The notes under the pieces are model-generated. The model was not told the DNA's origin. It was given only the letters and a program-made list of their open reading frames with translations, and searched no databases. Of a stretch of 64,000 nucleotides of DNA, positions 25,601 through 38,459 are shown piece by piece. Every line of letters starts with the position of its first letter. The stretch's first letter is position 1. A program made the position numbers and the translations under genes. Origin of the DNA: Bugula neritina (Eukaryota; Animalia; Bryozoa); NCBI GenBank assembly GCA_964035545.1, contig OZ037772.1, positions 10,848,818 to 10,912,817 on the forward strand, given 5' to 3'.

Positions 25601-28600
25601 ACAGATATTAACCAGTGTTCCAACTCTACAGATTCTGAGTTTGTGGGTACGGCCCTCTGCTTCCCTACCATATCCCAGGTACTAATTTCTATGTTTATTC
25701 TAACTCCTATTTATTGACATTATTTATCCACCAAAGAAGTTTAAAGCATTCAACTATAATAGTAATTCTTGGCTTGAGTAATGCCCCCTACAGTCTACAG
25801 TCGAAACTCAACTGTGAATGCGTTGAACGTCCTAACTGTCTGATTTCTGAACGCAACTGTCTATTTTTCAAGATGCGTTCAGCGTTGACATGTAGAACTC
25901 TTAAATTTTGCGTTCAGCGGTTAGCCAATCACTGACTTATTTAATTATGCTTGTAATTTCGCTAAAAGTGATTGTTGGTTGCTGTGGGTACAGCAGAAAC
26001 TGAGTTAAAGCAATCCTATTGGTTAAAAGTTTACTGAGGGGGATAGAGACAGTTGGCGTTCAGCGTTTGTAGTGTGAACAGCAAAAAGAAGGACGCGATG
26101 TTGGCGCTATGCACGAGCAATCACAGTCAGTTTTGACTGTAGTCTGTAGGGGGGCATAATTCAACATACCATGGCTGATATCACAGTGATACTGATAGTT
26201 AATACAACACACTACCATTACATAACTCTTAAATCTGATGACTCACTGCATGTTTATCTGATGATGTAATACTCAGTATATTAGCTATATCAGTTACAGC
26301 TTATTATTGCATTGGGAAGGCTTCTGCTAAACATATAATGCTGTATTCAAGTCACACCAGGCACAAAGTACTCTGGAATATTCCACCATCAACTATCCCT
26401 GTCTGCTGCATATTGCGTTTCAGATTCACTTGGGGTAGCAGCTTATTCATGTCTAAAGCAACTAATTATAAGCCAAACAACAAAAATATATTAAGAAAGT
26501 TGAAGAGATTAGGTCTTAGACTATCTTAATTTTTCCAATATTACAGGTAGACAAATATTCAATGAGATTTTGAAGAAAGTCTCTCATTGAAAGGTGGTTT
26601 CAGGCTATGATTACTTGCGAATTCCTAGTTCGGTTTCTAAATAGCAATAAAATATTTAGTTGCCCTGGAAATTCTGATTTATCTGCCCATTTATCACCCT
26701 GCAGTCTAAATAACAATTAATTTACTGTAAATTCTACACAGACACTATAAATTATCTCCTACAGCTGCAAGTCAAGTTTTACCTGCTATAATAAATATAC
26801 TTAGCAATATGTAGAGCATCCAATAACTGCTAGTACTAGTTCAACTTCTAGTAGCGGTTGGACTGATTTGGTGTCTCTGTTATTCTATTTATTCTAGATT
26901 GTTCTTCAAAGGCAATTAGTTTAAGTTAAATTTCAGACACTGTATTTGAAGTGCTGAAATAATTGTCATGACAACCATTATCATCCTTCAAATTCTGAGT
27001 CAGTCTTTCATCATTTCGATCATCAGTTATAGATATTCCTCAAAGTTTGTTGCAGTTGGGTGCATTACGTCATGCTATGCGTAATATTACATCCTTCTTA
27101 GGCATTGGGGATTGTGTTGCTATATTTGCAGTTGTGAACCCATTTCATTTGTCACATTATTATTATTGCAGTGTAAACACGTGAGTGGGCGTGGCTTCGT
27201 TGTTGGTTCCTACGTCTGCCAGTGTCTACACTGCAGTGAGTGCAACAATGTCACAGGACAGCAGTTGTCTTCTCCTGAAGTCAATGCAACAAAGACCCTA
27301 TTGGATGGATGCACACCCCCTGTATGTATTATACTGTAGCCACCCCCTGTATGTATTAGCATTTAGATAGTACACTCACTCTATGTATTATAAAGTATAA
27401 AATCATTTTATGTATTTTATAGTACACCCCCTACATTTATTTTATAGTACACTCCCTACATTTGTTTTATAGTACACTCCTGTACGTATGATATGCTATA
27501 CACCCCTGTATGTATTATGTAATATACACCCCCTTGTATGTATTACTATTTACTATTAGTTATATGATATATAGTACATAGTTGAATGACATATCCCATG
27601 GCTATATTTTATATTTAGGTGCCGAGTACAGAATCACCAGGGGGAGGCGCCGGAGCAGGAGGACTTCTGGGTGCTCTATCTCTGCGCCCCCAGTTTATCA
27701 AAGTAGAGGTGTACATACTCCTGGCTATTCAGGCCGTCTGCAGTCTAATGACTATCTCATTCATGGTGTTAGTCTTTGTATTCAGATCTACGCAGGTAAC
27801 TGTTGTGTGTGTAACTATATACTGTGAAATACTCCTGCATTAACATGATAAGATAACTCTCTATTAAGTTTTATACACTAGCAGTTTCAATAGCCTTTCT
27901 GTGTTTGTTTAGCCTTTGTACCTTAGTAAAAACTCGGCTGTATATTCTAGAGAAGGGGTCATGTGATAACTTTGATAGCCAAAGTCTAGCATGACACAGT
28001 AAATTCATCTATAGCATGTGCTCCACTGTTTTATTGTCTATATTCACAGGTTATGAAGTACAGTACCTGGTCTCTCCTGGAGCTAGTGCTATTTGGCGCT
28101 CTACTCAAGTACTTTCAGGTGTGTCTTGATTTGTTCTACTCTGTAAAGTATTTATACAAGTCAGTATACGTCCTATCAGCTAGGTGTAAATCTGCTTTTT
28201 GTGTGGAGGGTTTTTATTTCACTTTTAGTTTACATTAAAAGTAGCTAAAATTATTCAAATTATGTTAAACTTGAAAAAACTAGTTTAAAAATTATATTCA
28301 AACTCTTTGTGGTTTTATTAAAGCAAGATTGCAACTAAATGTGTGTCTAGTTTGTTTCTAACATATAAATATAATGTACAGTTTCTCTAGACTACTAGAT
28401 GTGTAGGTAAATATAGTAGTCTAAAGAAAGGACAACTCACAATATACAAGTTTTTCTCATCTTTTGATTTATTAGTCTGTCGAGCTAACTTAACTATTGA
28501 ATATAAAGACACTTCAACTACTAGCTTCAGAGAATCTAGTAACTGCATATTTTTTGTTACGCTTGTTAAACTAAAAATAAAAATGCGTTACCAAAATAAA

Positions 28601-31600
28601 CCTAGCTTGCTATAACTCTACATGCACTATGTTGTATTCATTATGAGGTGAGATAACTCTCAATTCACATCTGCTGTTACGCAATACAATCTTGTATCAC
28701 TGTTATAGTTGTGTATGTTGTGTGTAGTTGCTGTGGCTGGCTTTCAAGCCCTCGGACCTTACTTGTGTTGTGTTCCAGTGGTTTGGGGAGGTGTCGTTTG
28801 TATGCATGTACCTCACCATAGTCCTCAAAATACGCAAGTAAGTGACTAAAGCTACAATTAACCAACTTCCTAATCAATTGTGGAGCATGCTCAGTTGAGT
28901 AATAGTGTTAAAAGCATTTTGTACATGAATTAGAACAGATGTTTCATAGTTTATGAATTATTTTTCTCTCAGAACGTACACGGAAGTGAAGAAGGGACAA
29001 GAGACAAGCACTGCTATTGGCTGGCTGCTCTGTTTACTCGTAACACTGATATACCTCAGCTCGTGGACTTCGGTTGTTTGGAGTTACTTGTCCCTGCACA
29101 ATATCAGTCTTGTAGCAGACGTCCCGCTAAACCAGTGGGTTACTGAGTCTACTGTAAACATGATGGGCGACTCTTTAGTGCCGAAGGTAGTAACTGAGAC
29201 TGTGTGCGCTCTCACCGGATGGAACTACGTCACTCAGATTAGTATGTGATAGAATAACTCGTAAGACGTGTGTCATAATTATCTTATAACTCGCTGTTTT
29301 TATGCAATCGAATAAGTTGATAGTTGTAATAGACTTTCATGTCATTTTTATTCATTTAATTATGTTATAGAAAATAAATTTTCTTTAAATTCTTGAAAAC
29401 ATTCACGGAATAATTAAATCGGAGGTTTTTGGCTAAATTTGTTGATCTTATAACTCGCTGTCTTGGTTTTATGCAGTTGTATAAGTTGATAGTTGGAATA
29501 GACTTTCATGTCATTTTAATTATTTAATTTCCTGTAAATGCTGGAAATTGTTTACGGAATAATCAAATAGGAGTTATCTTGCCATTACTTGTATAAAATG
29601 CTCTCTAGATACTCTAGTCTATATTATTCTGAGGCATAGACTGGGTTCTATTACTTTAGGTGAGATGTTAGTGGTATTGTATGGTATATTCCTGTGTATC
29701 CGGCTAAGAGGGGAGAAATCGGTCTATTCTGAGTCCAAGTGGTACACTGTGGTGTTAACCATTGAGTTATTAACATCTATTATCTACTACATCATAGGGT
29801 AAGTGCTTCACTTACTGCTGGGAATAGTTTAGAGTTATCCTCCCTCCTCACTATTCACTGGTCATAATAGTAACCTCCTTTGCTGTAGAAACCTGTACAG
29901 CCTCCCAGACTAACTGTATCTTTTCTATTCTGTCCAGACAATACAAAGTCGTATAGAATGTTTCAACAAGATTTGGCCCAGATCACATTGCCATAAGATA
30001 GTCTGAGATAACTGTTGTATGCAAATTAACTTAAAACAGGAATAATTACTTGCACTAGGCACTGCATTGAATTTCTAATACTACTTTTTTAATACACCCA
30101 GCTAGTAAATGTCACCCCCTCTTTCCCTGTCCCATGCACTATTTTACTACAATTATACACACTGCTTCAATCTCGGTGTTTGATCTACTTTATACCATAT
30201 ATAACTTAGTTTTGTGCTATGACCATGCAGGTAAGTATGGCTTTCCCTTACAGCTTGTGTGACACATATCTACTAAGTTGTAGTTTATTTATAACTCCCC
30301 TGTCGCCATGTGCTTTATCCACCCTTTGTAGTGTAGATACTAGATATACTCTGACTTTCATTACCATTTTAGTGCAGCCCTGCCTAATAGACTGTGTTCC
30401 ATGTATTGGTTTGATGAGTGGATATCACTCTTTCTATAGGGGGAGGAAAGGCAGAAAGATTCACATTTTGAGTTTTTATTCAGTTAACTTTCTTTTCTGC
30501 CCAAACCTTGCCAGCTGGCAGCAGCTTTTGGTTATTTTAAGTATAACAACATTTCTAATTACTTTGTTACTTGCTTGCTAAACCTAAAGATGTTCTGTCA
30601 TTGTTTTCTGCATGTTTATTTTTGTAATGTTGACTTTCAATATTGCGTTCACACAGAATTATTACTGTTCACACAAATTTATAACTGTTCACACAGAGTT
30701 ATGACTATTCATACTGAGTAAAAGCTGTTCATACTAAGTTAGGGTTGTTCACGCAAAGTTAAGACTATTTGGGGAAATTTAAGGCTGTTCACACAGAGTT
30801 AAGGCTGTGTTCACACAGAGTTAAGGCTGTTCACACTAAGTGAAGACTCATCACACAGAGTTGAGGCTGTGTTCACACTAAGTGAAGACTCATCACACAG
30901 AGTTCACATTGAGTTATGACTGTTTACACCAAGTTAAGACTGTTCACACAGAGTTATGTTTTATAGAGATGTACTCGTCATTGAATCTTTCTGGAGTCTA
31001 CTAATGACCTTCATGTATCACCAGCTCACTGTAACCCTAGTTCTACTCATCATATTTTGTCCCAAGGTGGGTGTATTACTCAACCCTTCTACTATTTGTA
31101 GCATGAGTTCCATAAACATTTGCATATCTCATTATATGTTTGTAACTAGTTTATTACTGCTACTGCTGCTGCTGCTGCTGCCACTACCACTAACCACCAT
31201 GTGTGTTAATATACTTTTAGTTCTACTACATAAAGAATGCTCCAAGATATAGCCCTGCAAAGCCCTCTTCTATGGAATCGAATGAATTGAACATAAAAGT
31301 GACAAACTCTAATGATACTGAGGTATGTCTATCAGGGCCCCGTCTTATTCTCTTACACTTTCCAGTCTATGGTTTCACTGCTAACTAAATATGTAATACA
31401 GTCATTACATTGTTGTGATTCATGGCAATATGTTACATGTTGATACAAGTGTTACAGAGAAGGCAATTTCTATTCATTGCAATGCAATACAGCTGAATTT
31501 TTGTTTTCACCTGCTAGAGTTGTGATATTTTTATTTAGTTTGATTCTTTAAATAATCTAGAAACTCTGCTTAAAAATATTTATTTTAAAACTTTAAATTT

Positions 31601-32127
31601 CAAGTCACTGGAAACAGATATAACTTTGGTTAAAACTCCTCCCCAAGTTGTCATAAGCTTTAGTAATTTAGTGGAAGTTGATTCGCATTAATTCTAATTA
31701 TTCACCAAGTTAGATCACTTCTGCCATAGATATGCTGGTTCTATCACTGCTGGCTAACTCTAATCCCCCACAGGTTTGACAATTTCTACGTATTTATCAT
31801 TACTGGAGTCTAGACTAGTATAACAGTTGGGTTAATGCTATGCATATACTGCAGGGAGAGCTAAAGAAAGCGTATGATGAAATAGACGAACTAAAAGCTA
31901 AGCTGTCTACCTACGAAGCTAAGAATTCAGAGAGTAAAGCTCGTTCACCATCTTCTAATAAACAACCCTTAGAACGGCCAGTTGTCTCTCCTAGAAGTAA
32001 ACCCAACTGGCAGAGAAAAGACGTGTCATCCGAACAGGAAGTGCAGCCATTAAATGAAGATGCCGTGAAACCGAAAGTTGAACCTTCACCTCGTAGGAAA
32101 TCTATTACACGTCACACCGCGATGTAG
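22618..32127 (+). CDS. GPR158: GPR158/GPR179-like class C G protein-coupled receptor (~674 aa, 11 coding exons)
   Basis: Exons 22618-23141, 25567-25678, 27172-27321, 27619-27795, 28050-28118, 28728-28837, 28973-29241, 29660-29798, 30967-31066, 31221-31322, 31855-32127 (2025 nt, in frame). Signal peptide; family motifs VDLQDTDINQC, F.GT..C, C....G.GFVVGSYVCQC, LLELVLFGALL, C....WF.EVSF...Y....LK, SESK, HQLTVTLVLLIIFCPKF and C-terminal ELKKAYDEIDEL; seven hydrophobic segments. The symbol denotes the family, not proven orthology. Confidence 0.88.
23190..23350 (+). mobile_element. MITE family A copy
   Basis: taggtgcagtaatggagaaataagaaaagcctgtgttttag ... ctatcccaattactcaactactgctccca. Confidence 0.8.
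23689..23790. mobile_element. MITE family B hairpin element
   Basis: agcagcaccaagttggaggtgactgagtgcagt ... actgtactcagtcaccctcaactcagtgctgct long inverted arms; second copy at ~6346. Confidence 0.75.
23845..24085. repeat. ~26-bp minisatellite (tgtagttagtactacagagtgtagtg)
   Basis: Visible periodicity. Confidence 0.9.
25782..26156. mobile_element. PIF/Harbinger (Tourist-like) MITE, 375 bp
   Basis: ~37-bp TIRs TGCCCCCTACAGTCTACAGTCGAAACTCAACTGTGA / TCACAGTCAGTTTTGACTGTAGTCTGTAGGGGGGCA flanked by TAA on both sides (25779-81 and 26157-59). Confidence 0.85.
27312..27545. repeat. Degenerate minisatellite whose unit spans the GPR158-like exon 3 donor (cacccccT|GTATGTATT)
   Basis: The junction sequence recurs at ~27341, ~27501 and ~27526. 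Confidence 0.85.
29281..29580. repeat. Diverged ~165-bp tandem duplication
   Basis: atcttataactcgctg...ataagttgatagttg.aatagactttcatgtcatttt at 29281 and ~29445. Confidence 0.85.
30645..30957. repeat. ~21-bp minisatellite (gttcacacagagttaaggct) ending ~10 nt before the acceptor at 30966
   Basis: About 14 visible units. Confidence 0.9.
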
Positions 32128-33635
32128 CTTCTTTTAGTTTTGATTTTTTTTTCAGGTGTTGACTGTATTGTATACATTATGTCTTTAGCTATTTACTGTA
32201 CTATACATACTCTGTCTTCAAGTGTATCATATAAATTTTATTTTCAGTTTTTGACTGTATTGTATACATACTCTGCCTAAACAGTAGAATATGTACAGAA
32301 TATTATATACTATTTTAAATACTATATAATGACAACCGTTTGACTGCTTTTTCTGGGATTTTCCCATTCATTTTGCTGATTTAATCATACTTCTGTATAA
32401 CTTATTTATATGTCATAATATTCTTGTAAAACTTAAGTTTTTGAGCAGTTAACTACAACTACATTTTTTCTAGGAGTAAGTCGCGTGTTTCGAGTATAGA
32501 TCTGAATACTTGCATTCATGTTATTTTTTACTCGAGTCACGTGTATTCAATTTTAAACACTCTATTTTACCTGAATTAATTATTTAGAAGCATAAATTTG
32601 TAGCTATTTTATCATTATTTTCCAGTCAATTTTGATACTTCTATAGTGTTACCAGTCAACTTTTATAATACTATGTTGTCATCAGGCAATACCGGACTCT
32701 TCCTTTCTAGTCTATTTTTGCTAATTATTATTTCTATCTAGCAGGTATGTATCATGTTTAAGCAATTTTTTTCTAGTCAATTTTATAATTACCACTTATT
32801 TGATGTTTTTACAAGTTTCTTGCGGCTTTTATATATATATTGGTAATTTCATTGTTGTGTTACATTGATAGCTTATTATTGAAATATACACATCTTGTCT
32901 TCATTGTATCAGAAATTTGATTTCTATCATTTAGGTGCAGTAGTGGAGTAACACAATAGCCTAAGCTCTTAAAATTTGGTTTATGAAATGTAGAAAACAT
33001 GGCTAAACTTATTTTTGTGAAATTTACTGAACTAAGGCATTGAGAATACTCAACAATTTTCAATAAAATTGTGATAAAAATCCATGATAAAGAATGAAAG
33101 GTGAAATCTACTGTAAATAGAACATACACCAACTAGTTAGGATTGAAAAATATTTTATTTTTATATGTTAAGTGGCCCAGTAGGGTTCCAACTCGTAAAA
33201 TAGACTAGAGTATTTTGATTTGCTGATTTCTAAAGCGAATGAATAAAAAAAATCCAAAAGTAGGTCAAATATACTATTCTAAAGAACAACACTTATATGC
33301 ATAAAAGCCACTGCTGAATGATTTCAAAGCTATATAATTGGTAAAAGCCATGCTAGCTTGCTCATAAAATTTGACTCATAAAACTGGTATAATTTCCTAC
33401 TGAAGGTAAAATTTAAAAGAAGTTTTTTTCACTATTATTCACAACTATGCATATATAATAGTAAATATTTTGATTCACGAAATTATTAATAGTAAAAGTT
33501 GCTACATATTGTCGACTTGCTCTTTCAACAATAATTAGAATATATTTACGGAAAATAAAAGGCGATTGTTGGAGTCTCGTCATTGTTAGGTCTTCACTTG
33601 GGATTTGACTATCAAACAGCTGTCTTGGGAAGAGA

Positions 33636-36600
33636 ATGGTGGGTACTGAAAGAGATAAGGCTGATAACAACTATCACATACCTGGGTACGCCTATATAAT
33701 CATCTGTTGATTACCATAACATGTCCAATTAATTTTACTTTTAACATGCTTTTATAAATGAGATATTTAATTTTTAAGTAGGAACTTAGCTTAAGTGAGA
33801 GGCATTTTTCAACTGTGAAATGAATCAATATTATTAAAACTGAGACTTGGGTTTAAGTTGAAGAGATAATCAATTAATTCTTATAAATTTGTAAGTTTGA
33901 TAACAAAAACAACATTATAGATATCAATATGACAAAAACTGATAAAAAATTGTGTTGACTTTAGCATTATTTTCCCTTTTGGGTGAAAATGTAATAAGTA
34001 AAACCATAATTTCTTTTCAAACAGGAGTCAACAGACAATTTCTGTTTTCATTATAAACAATTTCCATTCACCTAAAGATAACAAAACAAAAGCAAAACAT
34101 GATCATGCTGGTGCGATATTACATTTTTGGTGGCTAATACTAGAAGTGCCGGTGATGTTATTCATATGCAGTTCACAGTCTATCTTTTTTCTGTAGATAT
34201 GATGGTCATGTGCCTCAGCTCCAATACAAATGTGGAAGAGGGTTCGCCCACACCACCCACAAACTGCTATCTGATCCAAACGTGGATAAATCCCCAAACT
34301 CTCTCCTTCCAGATATTCAAAGTTGCAGGTGACAGAATATAATATACTCTAGTAATATAGTAATATAATACAGCATAGTATTATATTATATAGTAATATA
34401 ATATAGTGTAGTAATATAATATGATACAATACTATAATATGCAATAATATAATATACTATAGTACTATAATGTATAAGTAATAAAATATGATATAGTATT
34501 ATAATGTTGTAATAAAATACAGTATAGTAATATAATATAGTAATAAAATACAATATCGTATCATATAGTATAGTAATATAATATAATATATTGACATAAC
34601 ATATAACAATACAATGTTATAAGATGATTATATTGTATTCTAGTAATATATCACTATTATAATATAATGTAGTAATATAGTGTAATAATACAGTGATATA
34701 ACATTCTAGTAATATGATAATATAATATAAAAATATTTTAGTAATATAACAAGTACAATGTTTTATAGATATGAGAGTCAAGTAGAAGAACGCAAGAGAA
34801 ATATCCTAAAATACCGTACAGGAAGTTATGGTGATCAGCGTCTGGTGTTTCCCCTAGTCCCCGGATATACAGGTACAACCTAGGGGTGCCATATCTACAC
34901 TTACTTTATTCTATAACATTATTTGCAGAGTATATCTGCTGTGTTTTATAGCAGCTGCAACATCAAAATTAATTAACTTGAGGATGTCATTTTTTTCTTC
35001 ACAAATACTGCAGATTCTTTAATATTTTTATACTATATGCTGCTCTACACAAGAAAGGCTCACATTTCTAAGCTGAATGGATTTTTCATTTGATGTTTGG
35101 AAACAGTTGCATAGAATGAAGCCACAATCATAAGTTCATGCAAATATAGTCACCACGAAGTCTCTTGGAGTATTCATTTGTGGAGAAGCTATGAAAACAC
35201 AATAATAATATATTTTGTTATGTAATCGTATTTCGCTACACACAGGTGTGATACCACGAGAGAACAACTACCCAGGAAAGACGTTTGCACAATCTTCTCT
35301 AAGTGCCCTCGCAGAGTTTGAGGTTTCACAGAGGTACGAGAGGGAGAAGCGACGACGTCTGCAAGCTCTGACTCATCCCCAGTGTGACTCATCATCTTCT
35401 GCTAATTCTACAGAACCTGCAGACGTACGTATTAGTCTGAGAAATCTGCCCTCTAATTCTTAGAGTGTAATGAGTAGCACTATAATAGTCTGGGAAATTA
35501 GCAAAAATTAGTCATTGGGCACCTTTCACAGGCGTAGTCCTGAGTGGGTGGCGAGGCAAATTCATTCATTGTTAGCATAAATATTGAAAACTTGTTCAAG
35601 GACAGACAACTCTTTATCAGTTTAGTCTCCTAAGAGTAGAAACAATGTAGTATTGCGTTAACTGTGTTTGAAGTTTAAATTAATTTATAAGTTTGTTGCC
35701 TTTAGCAAACTTCACAGCAGACTCTTGGGTATAGCATCAGTTCTTAATAAAATATGGGGCAGAAGAATTCTCTGTTTTTAAAAATTTTAACTTAAAACCT
35801 AAGCTTGATGGGGTGAAGGTTAAACAGCTTTTGTGTAAAAGAAGAAGCTCATTGTTTTTAATTAATTAACTTATCATTAAAATGGACTTCAATTTATAAT
35901 TATTGAAACACTTTATAAGTGCAATTAGATGCATAATTATGCTAATTAGCATTTAGGAGCAGCTCACATCTGAATTAGTACATGACTGTGTTTTTCCTAG
36001 CTGTGTTTGTTTTAAAAATAATCACGTCATTTTTCGACATTGCCAAGCTACAATATATTGCAACTTTTTGCTAAAATAGGAAACTAGAGGTTTGTGGTAA
36101 CTCAGATAATCTGTAATTATAAGTAGTGAATAGTGTTATGAAGCTGTAATTAAACGACATGCAAATGTACTTCCACTTTTACGGAATATTTATGTCGCCA
36201 AACAATTTAGCTCTGTTAGATCAAGTTTCTAGCTGTAAATTTAGAGCTTTTACGGATACTTACTTTTAAAACTTACACCGTACCATAAAACATATAGCCA
36301 TTTACACCCCAACTCAAACAACTAGTGAATCAAAACTTACCTACCTTATGTGTTCTCCAGCAGTGTTATATAATATAGCTAAATTCACAAAGTTACCTTT
36401 TCATGTACTAAATTTTTAGTAATCATAGTTACTATATATGAATTTTTGTTGATGTTTTAGTTAAAAGTCAACCAGCCATTACGAAGGATTCGGCCGGATA
36501 TGACACCTTATGTTTCTAAGAAGCCGTATTGTATAAACGAGAGTCCATTTGAAATGCAGAATCCTGACCCAGAGAAAAGATTTATGTCTGGTAAATCACT

Positions 36601-38070
36601 AAATTAAAACTTATATAATTAAATGGGGTACATACTCAGTTACACACGCACATGCAAACATATATATATTACAGCTATGTATTTGATTTTAATAATAATA
36701 TTTCCATAATAAACGTATAGACTTGAGTTAACTTTCATTAGACATTTGGTTTCAGATAATAATGAGTAAAAATATATAAATTTATGAAGTAAGTAAGAAA
36801 AACTTACATTTGTATAAAATTTATTGGTAATACCTTGACAAATGAATACAGTGGTCTAATGTTCAACACATTGCACACATTTGTCATGTATATTGATATC
36901 ATATTTACAGGGTATATGGGGTTTGTACCGAGGTCTCACGAGTTCTTTGGTATGGACTATGCGGGGGCTACTCATGCGGCCCTCAATAGATTCACAGATA
37001 GCCTGAAAAGGCAGAAGGTTGTTCTCTCCACACCCGTAAGTAGTCTGCTTTAACACTCAGTGCTCAGTTTGAGCAGCAAAGTTGTATAACTTTCAACTTG
37101 TTCATTGGGTCAGCTGATTGAGCATGACATCTGTTGCAGGTGGAGTTACACAGGGCACCTGTTTCGTGTGTCACAGATACCAAGTTATACCCAGAAACAA
37201 GTGGTTTGGTTCCTAAATACACCGGCCATGTACCAGGTACCTCTTAATGTCTGATTTCTTTTATTTTAGGTGTAAATTGATTTCTTTCCCATGCATCCAA
37301 TTGTTATGTTCTATTAGAAATTTAGGCCAACAATGTCATACTTTAGTTTTAAAGGAATCTATGTAATGTCTAAACCCCCTATTTAACTGTTAATGACATT
37401 ACTCTAGGATCCTGATCAATATCCACATATCATAGATTATAGCCTTTTTGCTCTGGAAAATGTGGACTTATACTTTTTTAACTTCAATAATATTTTTTCT
37501 ATTATTAAGTTTTTTATTAAATAAATTTGCTTGCTGAAACATATTGTTCTATATAAATTATATATATTATGCTGAAATAGGTCATATTTTATGCATGCAA
37601 TAAGCATATAACTGTAGTATATATGCATGGGTATTACTTTATGTTATAATATGCCCTATAATAATTAGTGTAAGTGTTAATTCATTTTATTGTATATATT
37701 AAAATATTTATCGCTATATTACTGCCTAGTGTAGATATATAAACTCATGCAAGTTTATAGTTGCTATCCCTGTGAGAACCCTTTATGAAAAAGGAAGTAA
37801 TTATGACTGGATGCTCTTCCTAACATCAGGTTAAAACGGTGATCTCGTGTTTACTAAGCCAGTGCTGTAACCCCTAAACTTCAGCTGCTAATGCAGATAT
37901 ATATTACTATATAACTCATATCTTCTTCTAGTATTATTCTACATTCTGCAGGAGAAAGGTTCAAGTTTGGCCAGACGTTCTTCCAGAGCACAGAGAATGC
38001 AGCAGACAGGTTTACCCCAGACAAGCTATTGTGGAGCCACCAGCTTAAGACAACTCTTATTTCACAGTAA
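33636..38070 (+). CDS. FAM166B: FAM166B/CIMIP2-like ciliary microtubule inner protein (~311 aa, 8 exons)
   Basis: Exons 33636-33685, 34197-34328, 34769-34872, 35246-35424, 36461-36590, 36911-37035, 37140-37236, 37952-38070 (936 nt). Four PYG-type repeats: HIPGYDGHVPQLQYKCG, LVPGYTGVIPR...GKTFA, FMSGYMGFVPR...FG.DY, LVPKYTGHVPGERFKFGQTF. Confidence 0.88.
34335..34760. repeat. AT-rich degenerate repeat (tagtaatataatata) filling intron 34329-34768
   Basis: Visible periodicity. Confidence 0.8.
37743..37885 (-). mobile_element. tRNA-derived SINE with internal deletions
   Basis: actcatgcaagtttatagttgctatccctgtgagaaccc...aattatgactggatgctcttcctaacatca...taaccccta. Confidence 0.8.
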
Positions 38071-38459
38071 ACTGTACGATATGTCACCAGCATTACCCCC
38101 CAGTTTGGGTGTTGACTGTAGTGTATCAATATATGTATGGAAATACATCAAAGAAGTGTGCGAATTTAGAAATTTATGTGAAGGATTCTTAGGTCTGTAG
38201 AATGTTCAATACATGTTCAAATACACAATCTTTCATGCACTTTTATTATTTGAACTGTAAATTAGGTTATTTGATGGCTAGAAGTTATTTATTTGACCAG
38301 TTTTTTAAACTCTATTTGTATGTAAATATGTTTCAATACAATTTGCATTAGGTGTAATCATGTTTATATATAGCTCAAACATTATTTAAACGCCCAAAAG
38401 GTTACTTTAATGAGCAGTCATGTGAGTATTTAAGGATGAAGGCCTTTTAACTAAAAGTT

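Noticed and set aside
33480-33635. RFX X-box upstream of the ciliary FAM166B-like gene
   Set aside because: Only a half-site (gttgcta) is visible; no full palindrome.
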